Shown here: positions 37,952 through 52,457 of the stretch, in pieces
Layout of the letters: every line of letters starts with the position of its first letter
Position numbering within the stretch: the first letter of the stretch is position 1
Assembly (NCBI GenBank): GCA_026986155.1
Contig: JALSPC010000165.1
Span: forward strand, 7,870-71,869
Direction: 5' to 3'
From: a bacterium
GTDB taxonomy: Bacteria; Desulfobacterota; S145-22
Length of the DNA: 64,000 nucleotides
Translations under genes and position numbers: made by a program
Notes under the pieces: model-generated
Seen by the model: only the letters and a program-made list of their open reading frames with translations
Database searches by the model: none
Told to the model about the DNA's origin: nothing

Positions 37952-38881
37952 ATGAGTTCAACCCTGGTCGTGCAGCTTGTGATTTCGGGTATCCTGCTGG
38001 GGGGAATCTACGCCCTTTCCAGCATCGGCCTGACCTTGATCTTCGGGGTGATGAAGATCGTCAATTTCGCCCACGGCGAGTTTCTCATGCTGGCCATGTA
38101 TGTCTCCTTCTGGCTGTTTCACTGGGCGCATCTCGACCCCTACCTCTCCATGCTCATCAGCGTTCCCCTCTTTTTCATCATCGGCATCCTCACCTACAAG
38201 GTCTTTATCAAGAAGACCATCGGCGCGCCCATCCTCTCGCAGATATTCGTGACGGTGGGGCTTTCCATCATCATCGAGAACCTCGCACTGTTGTTCTGGT
38301 CCGCCGACTTCAGGACGGTCTCCCTTTCTTACCTGAGTCGTCCCATCATCCTGGGCCCCTTTTCCGGCCTGGGGCTGGAGGAAATTATCGTCAACAAGGC
38401 CCGGCTCATCGCGTTCATCCTGGGGATTTCCCTTTCCATCGCCTTCTACCTCTTTATGCGGTTCAGTTACCTTGGGAAGGTAATTCGTGCCACGTCCCAG
38501 GACCGCACCACGGCGCTGCTCATGGGAATCAATATCGACCGGGTCTACACGATAAGTTTCGCCATGGGGATCCTGCTGGTGGGGATCGCGGGGGCGCTGA
38601 TGATTCCCATCTACACGGTGCATCCCTTCGTGGGATTCGAGTTCGTGCTGATTATGTTCGTGGTGGTGGTTTTGGGGGGCATGGGGAGCATCGTGGGCGC
38701 GGTAGTCGCGGGTCTTTTCATCGGGGTGGTGGAGGTCTTTTCGGGGTTCTTCATCGGGCCCGAGAGCAAGCAGGCCGTCTATTTCCTGGTCTTCATCGCC
38801 GTTTTGGTGCTTAAGCCCTCCGGGCTGTTCGGTGAGAAGGGGGAAGAGGAACTTGAACGCATCGAGGCCATCGGTGAGTAG
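37952..38881 (+). CDS. livH: Branched-chain amino acid ABC transporter permease LivH
   Basis: 309 aa polytopic permease with the LivH-type conserved region. Confidence 0.85.
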   Translation: MSSTLVVQLVISGILLGGIYALSSIGLTLIFGVMKIVNFAHGEFLMLAMYVSFWLFHWAHLDPYLSMLISVPLFFIIGILTYKVFIKKTIGAPILSQIFVTVGLSIIIENLALLFWSADFRTVSLSYLSRPIILGPFSGLGLEEIIVNKARLIAFILGISLSIAFYLFMRFSYLGKVIRATSQDRTTALLMGINIDRVYTISFAMGILLVGIAGALMIPIYTVHPFVGFEFVLIMFVVVVLGGMGSIVGAVVAGLFIGVVEVFSGFFIGPESKQAVYFLVFIAVLVLKPSGLFGEKGEEELERIEAIGE

Positions 38882-39848
38882 CGGCGGAAAGCGGGACGGG
38901 ATCATCCTGCTGGCGGGAATGGCCGTTTTCGCCCTGCTGCCGCTGTTCGTGAAGAACGATTTTTACCTGGACGGCTTCATCCTGATCTTCGTCTGGGGGG
39001 CTTTCGCCGGAGCCTGGAACATCATTTCCGGTTACGGTGGGATGGTTTCCCTGGGACACAACGCATTCTTCGGGATCGGGGCGTATACCTCCACCCTCCT
39101 CTTTCTCCGGCAGGGGGTGAGCCCCTGGATCGGGATGTGGGCGGGGGCGGCCATCGCATCGGCATTGGGAATTGTTCTTGGCGTGATATGTTTCAGGCTA
39201 AGGAGCCACTATTTCGCGTTGGCGACCCTCGCCTTCGGGCAGGTGGCCTCCATCATCGCGCTGAACTGGCGGGGGCTCACGGAGGGCGCCGAGGGGCTGA
39301 CCCTTCCCATCCGCCCGGGTTTCGCGAAAATGATTTTCGCCACCAAGTTGGGATACGTTTACATGGGACTAGGTCTTCTCGTCGCGGTTCTGCTGATAAC
39401 CTATCTCATCGATAACTCCAAGCTGGGCTACTACCTCGTCGCCTTCAGGGAGAACGAGGACGCGGCGCGCGCCCTGGGTGTCCGGACGGGGAGGGTGCGG
39501 CTGGCCGCCATGGCTATCAGTTCGGCCCTTTCCGCCCTGATCGGCTCCTTTTACGCGCAGTACCTCCTCTACATCGACCCGAGCAGCGTCATCCGGATAC
39601 AGATTGCCGTGCAGGTAGCCTTATTTGCCATCGTGGGCGGGGTAGGAACCGTGTTTGGCCCCTTTGTCGGAGCCCTGATTTTCATCCCCATCACCATTTT
39701 TCTCAGGGCGAGGCTGGGGACCGCCCTGCCAGGGTTGCACATGGTCATCTACGGGGGCATCCTCATTCTTGTGCTCTTCTACATGCCCAAAGGAATCTAC
39801 GGGATGCTGCGCGAAAGGTTTTTCCCCTCGTCAAGGATATTTAAATGA
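38874..39848 (+). CDS. livM: Branched-chain amino acid ABC transporter permease LivM
   Basis: GTG at 38874 overlaps the livH stop. An alternative start is ATG 38919. Polytopic permease. Confidence 0.8.
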   Translation: MSSGGKRDGIILLAGMAVFALLPLFVKNDFYLDGFILIFVWGAFAGAWNIISGYGGMVSLGHNAFFGIGAYTSTLLFLRQGVSPWIGMWAGAAIASALGIVLGVICFRLRSHYFALATLAFGQVASIIALNWRGLTEGAEGLTLPIRPGFAKMIFATKLGYVYMGLGLLVAVLLITYLIDNSKLGYYLVAFRENEDAARALGVRTGRVRLAAMAISSALSALIGSFYAQYLLYIDPSSVIRIQIAVQVALFAIVGGVGTVFGPFVGALIFIPITIFLRARLGTALPGLHMVIYGGILILVLFYMPKGIYGMLRERFFPSSRIFK

Positions 39849-39869
39849 ATGGGGTAACGGGATTACCTA

Positions 39870-40589
39870 ATGCTTGAAGTAAGAAACGTGAGCAAGTGGT
39901 TCGGGGGCAATCCGGTTCTGAAAGACATCTCCTTCGAGATCCACAAGGGGGAGATCGTGGGCCTCATCGGACCTAACGGGGCGGGCAAAACGACCCTGTT
40001 CAACGTCATCAGTGGATTTTATCGCCCGAAGACTGGGGACATCTTTTTCCAGGGTGAAAACATCTCACGTCTTACGCCGGAGGATATCTGCCGCAGGGGA
40101 CTTTGCCGGACCTTCCAGATTACGAAACCCTTCAGTAACCTGACGGTCTTCAAGAACGTGGTCATCGGGGCGCTGAGCCGGGAAAAGGGGATACGGGAAG
40201 CGGAAAATAAGGCGGAAGAAATCCTCGAGTTAGTTGAGATGACTCCGAAGAGGGATCTCCTGGGGCGGAGTCTCACGATCGCCGATAGGAAGCGGCTGGA
40301 GGTCGCCCGGGCCCTGGCGACGTCTCCCGATTTGCTACTCCTGGACGAGGTCATGGCCGGGCTCAATCCCAATGAATTGAAAGAAATGATTGCCCTGGTG
40401 AAAAAACTGTCGCAACGCGGGATCACCCTTTTCGTGATCGAGCATATCATGACCGTAATCATGGGGATTTCCCACCGGATCATCGCCCTGGACCACGGGG
40501 AACAGATATGCGTGGGGTCACCCTGCGACGTTGCCGAAGACCCGAAGGTTCTCGAGGCGTATCTTGGAGAGGACTATGTCGCTCCTTAA
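39870..40589 (+). CDS. livG: Branched-chain amino acid ABC transporter ATP-binding protein LivG
   Basis: Walker A GPNGAGKTT, ABC signature, Walker B LLLLDEVMAG. Confidence 0.9.
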   Translation: MLEVRNVSKWFGGNPVLKDISFEIHKGEIVGLIGPNGAGKTTLFNVISGFYRPKTGDIFFQGENISRLTPEDICRRGLCRTFQITKPFSNLTVFKNVVIGALSREKGIREAENKAEEILELVEMTPKRDLLGRSLTIADRKRLEVARALATSPDLLLLDEVMAGLNPNELKEMIALVKKLSQRGITLFVIEHIMTVIMGISHRIIALDHGEQICVGSPCDVAEDPKVLEAYLGEDYVAP

Positions 40590-41286
40590 AATTGAAAAAC
40601 TCAATGTTTTCTATGGAGATGTCCAGGTCCTGCGCGATGTTTCCCTGGAGGTGAAGAAAGGAGAGGTCGCAACCATCGTGGGGGCGAACGCGGCGGGAAA
40701 GAGCACCCTCCTTCGCGCCCTTTCGGGATTGTTGAAAAAGGCATCCGGTTCGATTCGATTCAATTCCGAGGAGTTGCTTGGTCTGCCCGCCTTCGAAATC
40801 GCGGCGAAGGGATTGATTCATGTCCCGGAAGGACGGCGGATTTTTCCCCTGCTAACCGTCCAGGAGAACCTGGAGATCGGGGCCTACACGCGGAGGACCG
40901 AAGGGAATCTGAAAAAGAAGTTAGACGAGGTGTATGCGATATTTCCCGTTTTGGCGGAACACAAGGGACAGGCGGCCGGGTCCCTGAGCGGCGGGGAGCA
41001 GCAGATGCTGGCCATCGCCCGGGGCCTGATGGCGGAGCCGACCCTTTTGATGATCGATGAACCCTCCCTGGGGCTCGCCCCCCTGCTCGTGGCCAAGACC
41101 TTCCAAGTGCTTGAGAGGATCAAGGGTGAAGACGTAACCATCCTTCTCGTGGAGCAGAACGTGGTCAGGGCCCTCGAATTTTCCGACCGGGCTTACGCCC
41201 TGGAAAACGGGCGAATCACACTCCATGGAACCGGCCTGGACCTCTTGAAGGATCCCTACCTCAAAAAGGCTTACTTGGGCCTTTAA
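40576..41286 (+). CDS. livF: Branched-chain amino acid ABC transporter ATP-binding protein LivF
   Basis: ATG at 40576 overlaps the livG end. Walker A GANAAGKST, signature LSGGEQQM. Confidence 0.9.
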   Translation: MSLLKIEKLNVFYGDVQVLRDVSLEVKKGEVATIVGANAAGKSTLLRALSGLLKKASGSIRFNSEELLGLPAFEIAAKGLIHVPEGRRIFPLLTVQENLEIGAYTRRTEGNLKKKLDEVYAIFPVLAEHKGQAAGSLSGGEQQMLAIARGLMAEPTLLMIDEPSLGLAPLLVAKTFQVLERIKGEDVTILLVEQNVVRALEFSDRAYALENGRITLHGTGLDLLKDPYLKKAYLGL

Positions 41287-41333
41287 TTCCATTATCCGTC
41301 TCAACAGCCAGACGCGCTTTTCCCGCGAGTTAA

Positions 41334-41362
41334 TTGACAAAGTCCGGGGACTTTGTTAGGTT
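41334..41362 (+). promoter_or_regulatory. Candidate promoter (TTGACA-N17-TAGGTT) of the XRE-cupin regulator gene
   Basis: TTGACA at 41334-41339. AAGGAGG at 41381-41387. GTG start at 41393. Confidence 0.35.
41337..41356 (+). promoter_or_regulatory. Inverted repeat ACAAAGTCC-GG-GGACTTTGT overlapping the promoter; putative operator of the XRE-cupin regulator
   Basis: Perfect 9-bp arms separated by 2 nt, overlapping the -35 element and spacer. Confidence 0.45.
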
Positions 41363-41392
41363 CATCGGCAAGAAATCTGAAAGGAGGCGCGC

Positions 41393-41941
41393 GTGGCAAG
41401 CGACAAAGGGATCAATATCGGGTCCAAGATTAAGAAGATGCGTCGGTCGAGGAAGATGACCTTCGAGGAACTGGGCGCGGAGTCCGGCTTAACCCCTGAC
41501 ACTATTCGGGAGATCGAGCGGGGCGATATTCTCCCCCCCGTTTCGTCCATTATCAAGATCGCCAAGGCCCTCCAGATAGATTCCGGCGACCTGTTGAGCG
41601 AAGAGGAGCGGGAAAGCGCGGAGAAGCGGAAGGTCGAAAGTTACGAGAAACGGACACGGGAATACGCCTACCGGCCCTTGACACCCAACGCCAGAAACAA
41701 GCACATGAAGGCCTTTCATGTGACCATCGAGCCGGAGCAGGCCCACAAGATGGTGGAATACCAGCACGAGGGCGAGGAATTCATCTACGTCCTGAAGGGG
41801 AACCTGGAAATATCGGTGGGCGACAACACCTGGACCTTGAAAGAGGGCCAGTCCATCCATTTCAATTCCGCGCTGGTTCATAAGTTGAACAATCCCAAGC
41901 CGGTGACCACGGAACTTCTCGTCGTCGTTTACACGCCGTAG
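41393..41941 (+). CDS. XRE-family HTH transcriptional regulator with a C-terminal cupin domain
   Basis: N-terminal HTH (…KIKKMRRSRKMTFEELGAESGLTPDTIREIERG…). C-terminal cupin-like beta region (…EFIYVLKGNLEISVGD…). Confidence 0.8.
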   Translation: MASDKGINIGSKIKKMRRSRKMTFEELGAESGLTPDTIREIERGDILPPVSSIIKIAKALQIDSGDLLSEEERESAEKRKVESYEKRTREYAYRPLTPNARNKHMKAFHVTIEPEQAHKMVEYQHEGEEFIYVLKGNLEISVGDNTWTLKEGQSIHFNSALVHKLNNPKPVTTELLVVVYTP

Positions 41942-42000
41942 CCGTACCGGGCCCGCGATTACGACCGGGCGAAACATTCACGAGACAAGGAACTTGAGAT

Positions 42001-43965
42001 ATGCTAACGGGCAAATTCGCGCGAAAAGCGCTGAGCGAAGAGGAATTTAGCAATCTGAACGAAATGGCGCGGCAAGTGCGGGGGGATATCCTACGCATGA
42101 CCACCCTTGCTGGATGCGGCCATCCGGGGGGCTCCATGTCCTCGGCGGATATCTACGTGACGGTCTGGTCCCAGGCCAATATCAATCCGGACAATCAGAT
42201 GATGGACCCGGCGAGGGATCGTGTCGTCGTGAGCCATGGTCACACCTCGCCCGGCGTCTATGCCGTTCTGGGCCGGCTGGGTTTTTTTGACCTTAAGCAG
42301 GCGGTGGCCACATTCCGCCTGGCGGGAAGTCCCTTCGAGGGGCATATCGAGCGGAGCGTGCCCGGCGTCGAATGGAGCACGGGGAACCTGGGCCAGGGAT
42401 TGTCCGCGGGGTGCGGGTTCGCCCTTTCGTCGCGTCTGAAGGGAATCGAGACGAACCATGTCTTCGTTCTCATGAGCGACGGTGAACAGCAAAAGGGCCA
42501 GGTTTCCGAGGCGCGCCGTTTCGCCAAGAAGTTTGGCCTGAACAACCTGACCGTCATTATCGACACAAACAAGATACAAATCAGCGGCGCCACCGAAGAA
42601 GTAATGCCCCAGCGATTGCGAGAGAACTACGAATCGGACGGCTGGCGGGTCCTGGAGGTGGACGGCCACGATATCCGGGCCCTTTATGAGGCCATCGTGG
42701 AAGCCCAGTGGGACGAAAGCACGCCAGTGGCCATTCTTGCGCGGACCATTATCGGCAAGGGGGTCTCTTTCATGGAGGGAACCCCGACCTACCACGGTAA
42801 GGCCCTTTCGGCGGAGGAGTTCGAGAAGGCCATGGGGGAACTGGGATTGTCGCCGGACCTGACAGAATACAGGAACCTGCGCGAGACTGCCGAGTTCGAA
42901 CCTATTAGCTTCCCGGAGGTGAATTGGCCCAAGGTCGTGATGGGGACTCCGAGGATCTATGCGCCGGATGTCAAGACGGACAACCGATCGGCCTACGGAG
43001 CGGCCCTCGCCGACCTGGCCGAGGCCAACGATCCGAAGACTGTTCCTTTCGCTGTCTTCGACTGTGACCTGGCTTCGTCTGTCAAGACGGATGGGTTTGC
43101 CAAGGTGCGGCCGGGGCAGTTCTTCGAAAGTGGTGTCCAGGAGCACAGCACGGCCACCACGGCCGGGGCGGTCTCAGCCGACGGCATTGTGACCTTCTTT
43201 TCCGATTTCGGGGTCTTCGGTGTGGATGAGACCTACAACCAGCACCGCCTCAATGATATCAACCACGCCAATCTAAAACTCGTCTGCACCCACAACGGCC
43301 TGGACGTGGGAGAGGACGGGAAAACCCATCAGTGCATCGATTACCTCGGTCTCTTGCGGAATCTTTTTACCTTTAAGGTCATCGTTCCGGCCGATCCCAA
43401 CCAGACCGACCGGGTCATCCGCGCCATTGCCTCGGAACCGGGGAACGTCTTCGTGGGGATGGGGCGTTCCAAGACCCCTGTCGTGACCACGGAAGAGGGG
43501 GCGCCCTTCTTTGGGGAGGATTATGTCTTCGAATACGGTCGAATCGATCGCCTGCGGGACGGCGACAAGGGAGCGATCTACTGTTACGGCGCCATGGTGC
43601 CCCGCGCCCTCCAGGCCTGGAAGACTTTGAAGGCAAAGGGAATTCGGGTCAAGGTGTTCAACGTTTCCTGCCCCCTTGACCTGGACATGGAGAAGGTGGC
43701 GGAAGGGGCTACGACGGGCCTGCTGTTTTCCTATGAAGACCACAACAGGAACACGGGCCTCGGGGCCTCCCTTGCCCTCGCCCTGTGCAGCATCGACCGT
43801 CCGGTCCGCCTGATGCGGATGGGGGTGCGCGCCTACGGGGAATCGGGCAAGCCCGACGCCATCATGGCCCGGATGGGCATGGCGGCAGAGGACCTGGTCC
43901 GCCTGGTGGAATCCGCCCTGGCGGCCAGCGCCACGAAGATCGTGGAAAAACCGGAAAAAACCTGA
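42001..43965 (+). CDS. Transketolase-family enzyme (single-chain, TPP-dependent)
   Basis: N-terminal TPP motif …GCGHPGGSMSSADIY… and GDG-type …MSDGEQQKG…. 654 aa with pyrimidine-binding and C-terminal domains. Confidence 0.82.
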   Translation: MLTGKFARKALSEEEFSNLNEMARQVRGDILRMTTLAGCGHPGGSMSSADIYVTVWSQANINPDNQMMDPARDRVVVSHGHTSPGVYAVLGRLGFFDLKQAVATFRLAGSPFEGHIERSVPGVEWSTGNLGQGLSAGCGFALSSRLKGIETNHVFVLMSDGEQQKGQVSEARRFAKKFGLNNLTVIIDTNKIQISGATEEVMPQRLRENYESDGWRVLEVDGHDIRALYEAIVEAQWDESTPVAILARTIIGKGVSFMEGTPTYHGKALSAEEFEKAMGELGLSPDLTEYRNLRETAEFEPISFPEVNWPKVVMGTPRIYAPDVKTDNRSAYGAALADLAEANDPKTVPFAVFDCDLASSVKTDGFAKVRPGQFFESGVQEHSTATTAGAVSADGIVTFFSDFGVFGVDETYNQHRLNDINHANLKLVCTHNGLDVGEDGKTHQCIDYLGLLRNLFTFKVIVPADPNQTDRVIRAIASEPGNVFVGMGRSKTPVVTTEEGAPFFGEDYVFEYGRIDRLRDGDKGAIYCYGAMVPRALQAWKTLKAKGIRVKVFNVSCPLDLDMEKVAEGATTGLLFSYEDHNRNTGLGASLALALCSIDRPVRLMRMGVRAYGESGKPDAIMARMGMAAEDLVRLVESALAASATKIVEKPEKT

Positions 43966-43973
43966 CATCTATT

Positions 43974-44882
43974 ATGTCCGGGATCATGCCCTATGCGGGG
44001 TTGGTTTCCTTCCTGAGGGCGACAGCGCATCTTGAAGACGTTGCTCCCCAGGCCGTGGTTCTGGGGATTCCCACCGATTTTGGGGCCAGTCACCGTCCCG
44101 GGACCCGTTTCGGCCCCCGGGTGATCCGTGAGGCCTCCCTGCAATATGCCTACGATCCAGTCGCGGAGGGTCTTTACGATATCGAGCTGGGCAAGACGAT
44201 TCTCAGTGGGCTGAAGATAGAAGACCGGGGAGACGTGCCGGTAGAGCCCGCGGCGATAGAGGCCAACCTCGCCGCCATCGAGGCGGCAGCGGGGACACTG
44301 TTCCGGCAGGGGGTGTTCCCCGTCTTCCTGGGCGGAGATCACAGCATTACGTATCCCATCCTGAAGGGCTTGGCTCACCCGTCGGTCTTCCTCGTGCACC
44401 TGGACGCCCACGCCGATTTCGACAGCACCTTCGAGAGTCCTTATACCCATGGGAGCGCCATGCGCCGGGTGATGAAAAACGGCCTGGTTTCCGGTATCGT
44501 CCAGGTAGGATTGCGAGGGCTGCTGAGCGACAAGGCGGACGTGGAGACGGCGCGCCGGCACGGCGCGCGGCAGTTCACCGCTTTCCAGGTGGAGGAAAAG
44601 GGGATCGGGCCGGTCCTGGAGGTCATCCCCGAGGGCGCAGAGGTTTACCTCTCCCTCGATATTGATGTCTTCGACCCCACCGTCGCCCCTGGAACGGGAA
44701 CCCCCGAGCCGGGGGGACTTTCGTACCGGCAGGTCACGGCCCTGCTCCGGGGAATCGCCCGAAAGGCCAGGATCAAGGGCCTGGACGTGGTGGAGGTCAA
44801 TCCCCTGTATGACCCCGCGGGGATCACGGCACTTCTGGCCGCCCGGGTGATTATCGATGTCATGGGGATGATTTTGGGTTAA
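43974..44882 (+). CDS. Agmatinase / arginase-family ureohydrolase
   Basis: Mn-binding motifs …GGDHSITYP…, …LDAHADF…, …SLDIDVFDP…. ATG 43974 lies 9 nt after the transketolase stop. The longer upstream ORF is rejected. Confidence 0.85.
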   Translation: MSGIMPYAGLVSFLRATAHLEDVAPQAVVLGIPTDFGASHRPGTRFGPRVIREASLQYAYDPVAEGLYDIELGKTILSGLKIEDRGDVPVEPAAIEANLAAIEAAAGTLFRQGVFPVFLGGDHSITYPILKGLAHPSVFLVHLDAHADFDSTFESPYTHGSAMRRVMKNGLVSGIVQVGLRGLLSDKADVETARRHGARQFTAFQVEEKGIGPVLEVIPEGAEVYLSLDIDVFDPTVAPGTGTPEPGGLSYRQVTALLRGIARKARIKGLDVVEVNPLYDPAGITALLAARVIIDVMGMILG

Positions 44883-45168
44883 CGAATATCACTGATATCA
44901 TAAACGGATTTTAAAACTGGATCAGGATGGTTGCCAAAAACGGTATGATCATCCGCAAAAAGCAGATAACTGGCGGAAGGTGTCAGGAGGAAGGTATAAA
45001 GATGAAGATGAAAGTGAAACCTTTTGGACGTATTCATCAAGGAATCTAAGCCTACCTTTTAGAATTTTTATTAAAAGTGGCGCGGTTTGGTCCGATTTGT
45101 CAGGCCAATTTTTTGAACATCTATGCAGGTAAATTTACGTGAGTGGAATGAAATACCCAGGAGGAAAC

Positions 45169-46071
45169 ATGGATAAATCCCGGACTTGGGAATCGGACCT
45201 GCTATTGCTTATAACCGCCATGATCTGGGGATTCGCGTTTGTTGCTCAGCGGGTCGGGATGAAGTACGTAGGGCCCTTTACCTTCAACGGCGTCCGTTTT
45301 TTTCTCGGATGCCTTCCCTTGCTTCCCTTCCTGGCGCGCAGCCGCCGGAAGACCTCCCCTGAGATTCCCTTCGCATCGAAAACAGTCTTGTTGGGAGGTA
45401 TTCTCGCGGGTTTGATTCTCTTTACCGGGGCCTCTCTCCAGCAGGTGGGCCTGGTCTATACCACGGCGGGTAAGGCTGGGTTTATCACGGGTCTTTACGT
45501 GGTCATCGTGCCGATCCTGGGGCTCTTATGGCGGGACAAAACAACCCACCCGGGCACCTGGGCGGGCGCTTTTCTGGCGGCGGCGGGAATGTATTTCCTG
45601 AGTGTGACCAGCCGTTTCACCGTTTCGAAGGGGGATTTTCTCGTCCTGCTCGGAGCCTTTCTCTGGGCGGCGCACGTCCAGTTTGTTGGGTGGCTGGCGC
45701 CACGGATTGGCGCGACCCGCCTCGCGGTGCTTCAGTATTGCGTCTGCGGGGGATTAAGCCTGCTTGTCGCCTTTTTTCTGGAGTCCATCACGGTAAGCGG
45801 CCTTGGAAACGCGGCGGTTCCTATTCTCTATGGGGGTTTCCTGTCCGTGGGCGTTGCCTATACCCTGCAATTAGTGGCCCAGAAGAGGGCGCCGGCGGCC
45901 CACGCGGCAATCCTCATGAGTTTGGAGACGGTCTTCGCCGCGGTGGGTGGTTGGCTTATCCTCGGAGAGGTTCTTGCTCCCCGCGCCCTATTCGGCTGCG
46001 CCCTCATTCTGGTGGGGATGCTTGCCTCACAGTTGTATCCTATGGTGCACAGAGATAGACGGAGCGGGTGA
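45169..46071 (+). CDS. DMT superfamily (EamA-like) transporter
   Basis: AGGAGG RBS 6 nt before ATG 45169. Ten predicted TM helices with duplicated EamA halves. Confidence 0.8.
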   Translation: MDKSRTWESDLLLLITAMIWGFAFVAQRVGMKYVGPFTFNGVRFFLGCLPLLPFLARSRRKTSPEIPFASKTVLLGGILAGLILFTGASLQQVGLVYTTAGKAGFITGLYVVIVPILGLLWRDKTTHPGTWAGAFLAAAGMYFLSVTSRFTVSKGDFLVLLGAFLWAAHVQFVGWLAPRIGATRLAVLQYCVCGGLSLLVAFFLESITVSGLGNAAVPILYGGFLSVGVAYTLQLVAQKRAPAAHAAILMSLETVFAAVGGWLILGEVLAPRALFGCALILVGMLASQLYPMVHRDRRSG

Positions 46072-46178
46072 TGCCGATTCAAGTATAGTTCGACCATCGT
46101 GGCTGATGGTTGACGGCCGGTGGGGGAGGCATTAAATTAGATGGTGACCGTTGGAAAAATCGACATCGAGGTTTTTTT

Positions 46179-47306
46179 ATGACAAAAAAAGATTACTATA
46201 AAATCCTCGGGGTGAAGAAAGACGCCTCGCAGGACGAGATAAAGAAGGCCTTCAGGAAGCTGGCGCGGAAGTATCACCCGGACGTGAACCCCGGCGACAA
46301 GGAAGCCGAGGCGAAATTCAAAGACATCTCCGAGGCCTACGAGGTCTTGAGCGACCCGAAGGCGCGGGAGGAATACGACACGCGGGATTCCTTCGATTTC
46401 AGCGACTTCTTCAAGCAGCGGGGCGCGGGTCCCGGGGGATTCCACGCGGGGGCCTCCGGCCGGGGGTTCCGAACCGGTTTCACCCACGTGGATTTGAGTG
46501 ATATCTTCGGGGACATCTTCGGCGAGGGGATGTCCGGGGGCGGCGCCGAGTCCGCCTATCGGGCCGGGCCGATGCCGCGGAAAGGGCGCGACGTCTATTA
46601 CAAGATGTGGGTCGATTTCATGGACGCCATCCGGGGAACGCGCACGGAGATCTCCCTGGACCACGAGGTGCCCTGCGCCGTTTGCGGGGGGACCGGCGTC
46701 AGCCCTTCCGGGAAATGGGAAACCTGCCCGGACTGCGGCGGCAGCGGCCGCATCCAGATGACGGGGCTTGGAATCCCCGTCCAGCAGACCTGCCCCACCT
46801 GCCAAGGAACGGGCCGTGTCAACACGACGCCCTGCGCCGCCTGCGGCGGGACGGGGCGCCGGCGGAAGGCGGAGCGTATTTCCGTCAGGATTCCCCCCGG
46901 GGTGGACAACGGCTCGAAGATCCGCCTGGCGGGGAAGGGGGAACCCGGCCTCAACGGGGGACCCTCGGGCGATCTCTACATCGAGATACAGTTGCGACCT
47001 CACCCCGTCTTCACCCGTAAGGGGGGGGATCTCTACTGCAAGGTTCCCATATCCATCCCCGAGGCGGTCCTGGGGGCGAGGATCGAGGTGCCGACCATCG
47101 ACGGCACGGTGAAGATGCGTATTCCCCCCGGCACCCCCAACGGAAAAAAATTCCGCCTGGCGGGAAAGGGGGTCAAGCCCCTCAAGGGGAGCAAGAAGGG
47201 TGACCAGTACGTGGAGGTGGAGGTTGTGATTCCCAAGAAGGTGAATGACCGGGCGAAGAAGCTTTTCGAGGAACTTTCAACGCTCTTGCCGAAGGTGCGA
47301 GGATGA
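46179..47306 (+). CDS. dnaJ: Molecular chaperone DnaJ
   Basis: J domain with HPD (…[10 protein letters not shown]…). Gly/Phe-rich region. Four CxxCxGxG zinc-finger repeats. C-terminal substrate-binding domains. Confidence 0.9.
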   Translation: MTKKDYYKILGVKKDASQDEIKKAFRKLARKYHPDVNPGDKEAEAKFKDISEAYEVLSDPKAREEYDTRDSFDFSDFFKQRGAGPGGFHAGASGRGFRTGFTHVDLSDIFGDIFGEGMSGGGAESAYRAGPMPRKGRDVYYKMWVDFMDAIRGTRTEISLDHEVPCAVCGGTGVSPSGKWETCPDCGGSGRIQMTGLGIPVQQTCPTCQGTGRVNTTPCAACGGTGRRRKAERISVRIPPGVDNGSKIRLAGKGEPGLNGGPSGDLYIEIQLRPHPVFTRKGGDLYCKVPISIPEAVLGARIEVPTIDGTVKMRIPPGTPNGKKFRLAGKGVKPLKGSKKGDQYVEVEVVIPKKVNDRAKKLFEELSTLLPKVRG

Positions 47307-47693
47307 TGGCGGGAAAGGTGAATCGGAAGATGGAGGAGACCTACACCATTGGGTTCGTGGCGAGGGAACTGGGCATCAGCCCCTCCACCCTCCGTTACTA
47401 CGAGCGCGAAGGCTTCCTGGAACCCCTCGTGACGGAGAGCGGCGTCCGACGCTATACGCGGGAGGATATCGAAAAATTGCTGGTGCTCCGGCGGCTGCGG
47501 GAGGACCTCGGCGTGAACCTGGCAGGGGCCGAGGTGATTTACGAGATGCGAAGAAAGATGGAACTGATGCAGGAGGAGATGAACCGGTTCGTGGAGGAGC
47601 TCGTCCGCGGCGTGCGGCAGCAACTGCGGAGAATGGAGGCGGAGGTTCAAAAGCCCCTGATTCCGTCTGAGCGGCGGACCATCATTCCCGTAG

Positions 47694-47713
<20 letters not shown>
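47303..47713 (+). CDS. hspR: MerR-family heat-shock repressor (HspR-like)
   Basis: MerR HTH (…[24 protein letters not shown]…). Immediately follows dnaJ with ATGA overlap, as in dnaJ/cbpA-hspR operons. Confidence 0.78.
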
Positions 47714-52335
<4,622 letters not shown>

Positions 52336-52419
52336 TTACTTATAGTCTATACTTCATATGTGAATATAGCATAAATAGAAATCGATCCATGTTCCTCCCA
52401 TATTTCGAAATTATATTAT

Positions 52420-52436
52420 ATAAGAATTATTCTTAT
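52420..52436. promoter_or_regulatory. Perfect palindrome ATAAGAAT-T-ATTCTTAT, putative Fur/PerR box upstream of katG
   Basis: 8-1-8 AT-rich inverted repeat in the fur-katG intergenic region. It resembles PerR/Fur-box half-sites. Confidence 0.4.
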
Positions 52437-52457
52437 TTTTTGCCAAAAAAAAATGGT

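Noticed and set aside
46098-46113. CCATC-N6-GATGG inverted repeat upstream of dnaJ as a possible HspR operator.
   Set aside because: It does not match the HAIR consensus (CTTGAGT-N7-ACTCAAG) and is short enough to arise by chance. It is mentioned only within the dnaJ-hspR finding.
52344-52390. 16-codon minus-strand micro-ORF (MDRFLFMLYSHMKYRL) led by GGGAGG in the fur-katG intergenic region.
   Set aside because: SD spacing is only 3 nt, and the region is more simply explained as katG promoter/operator DNA.
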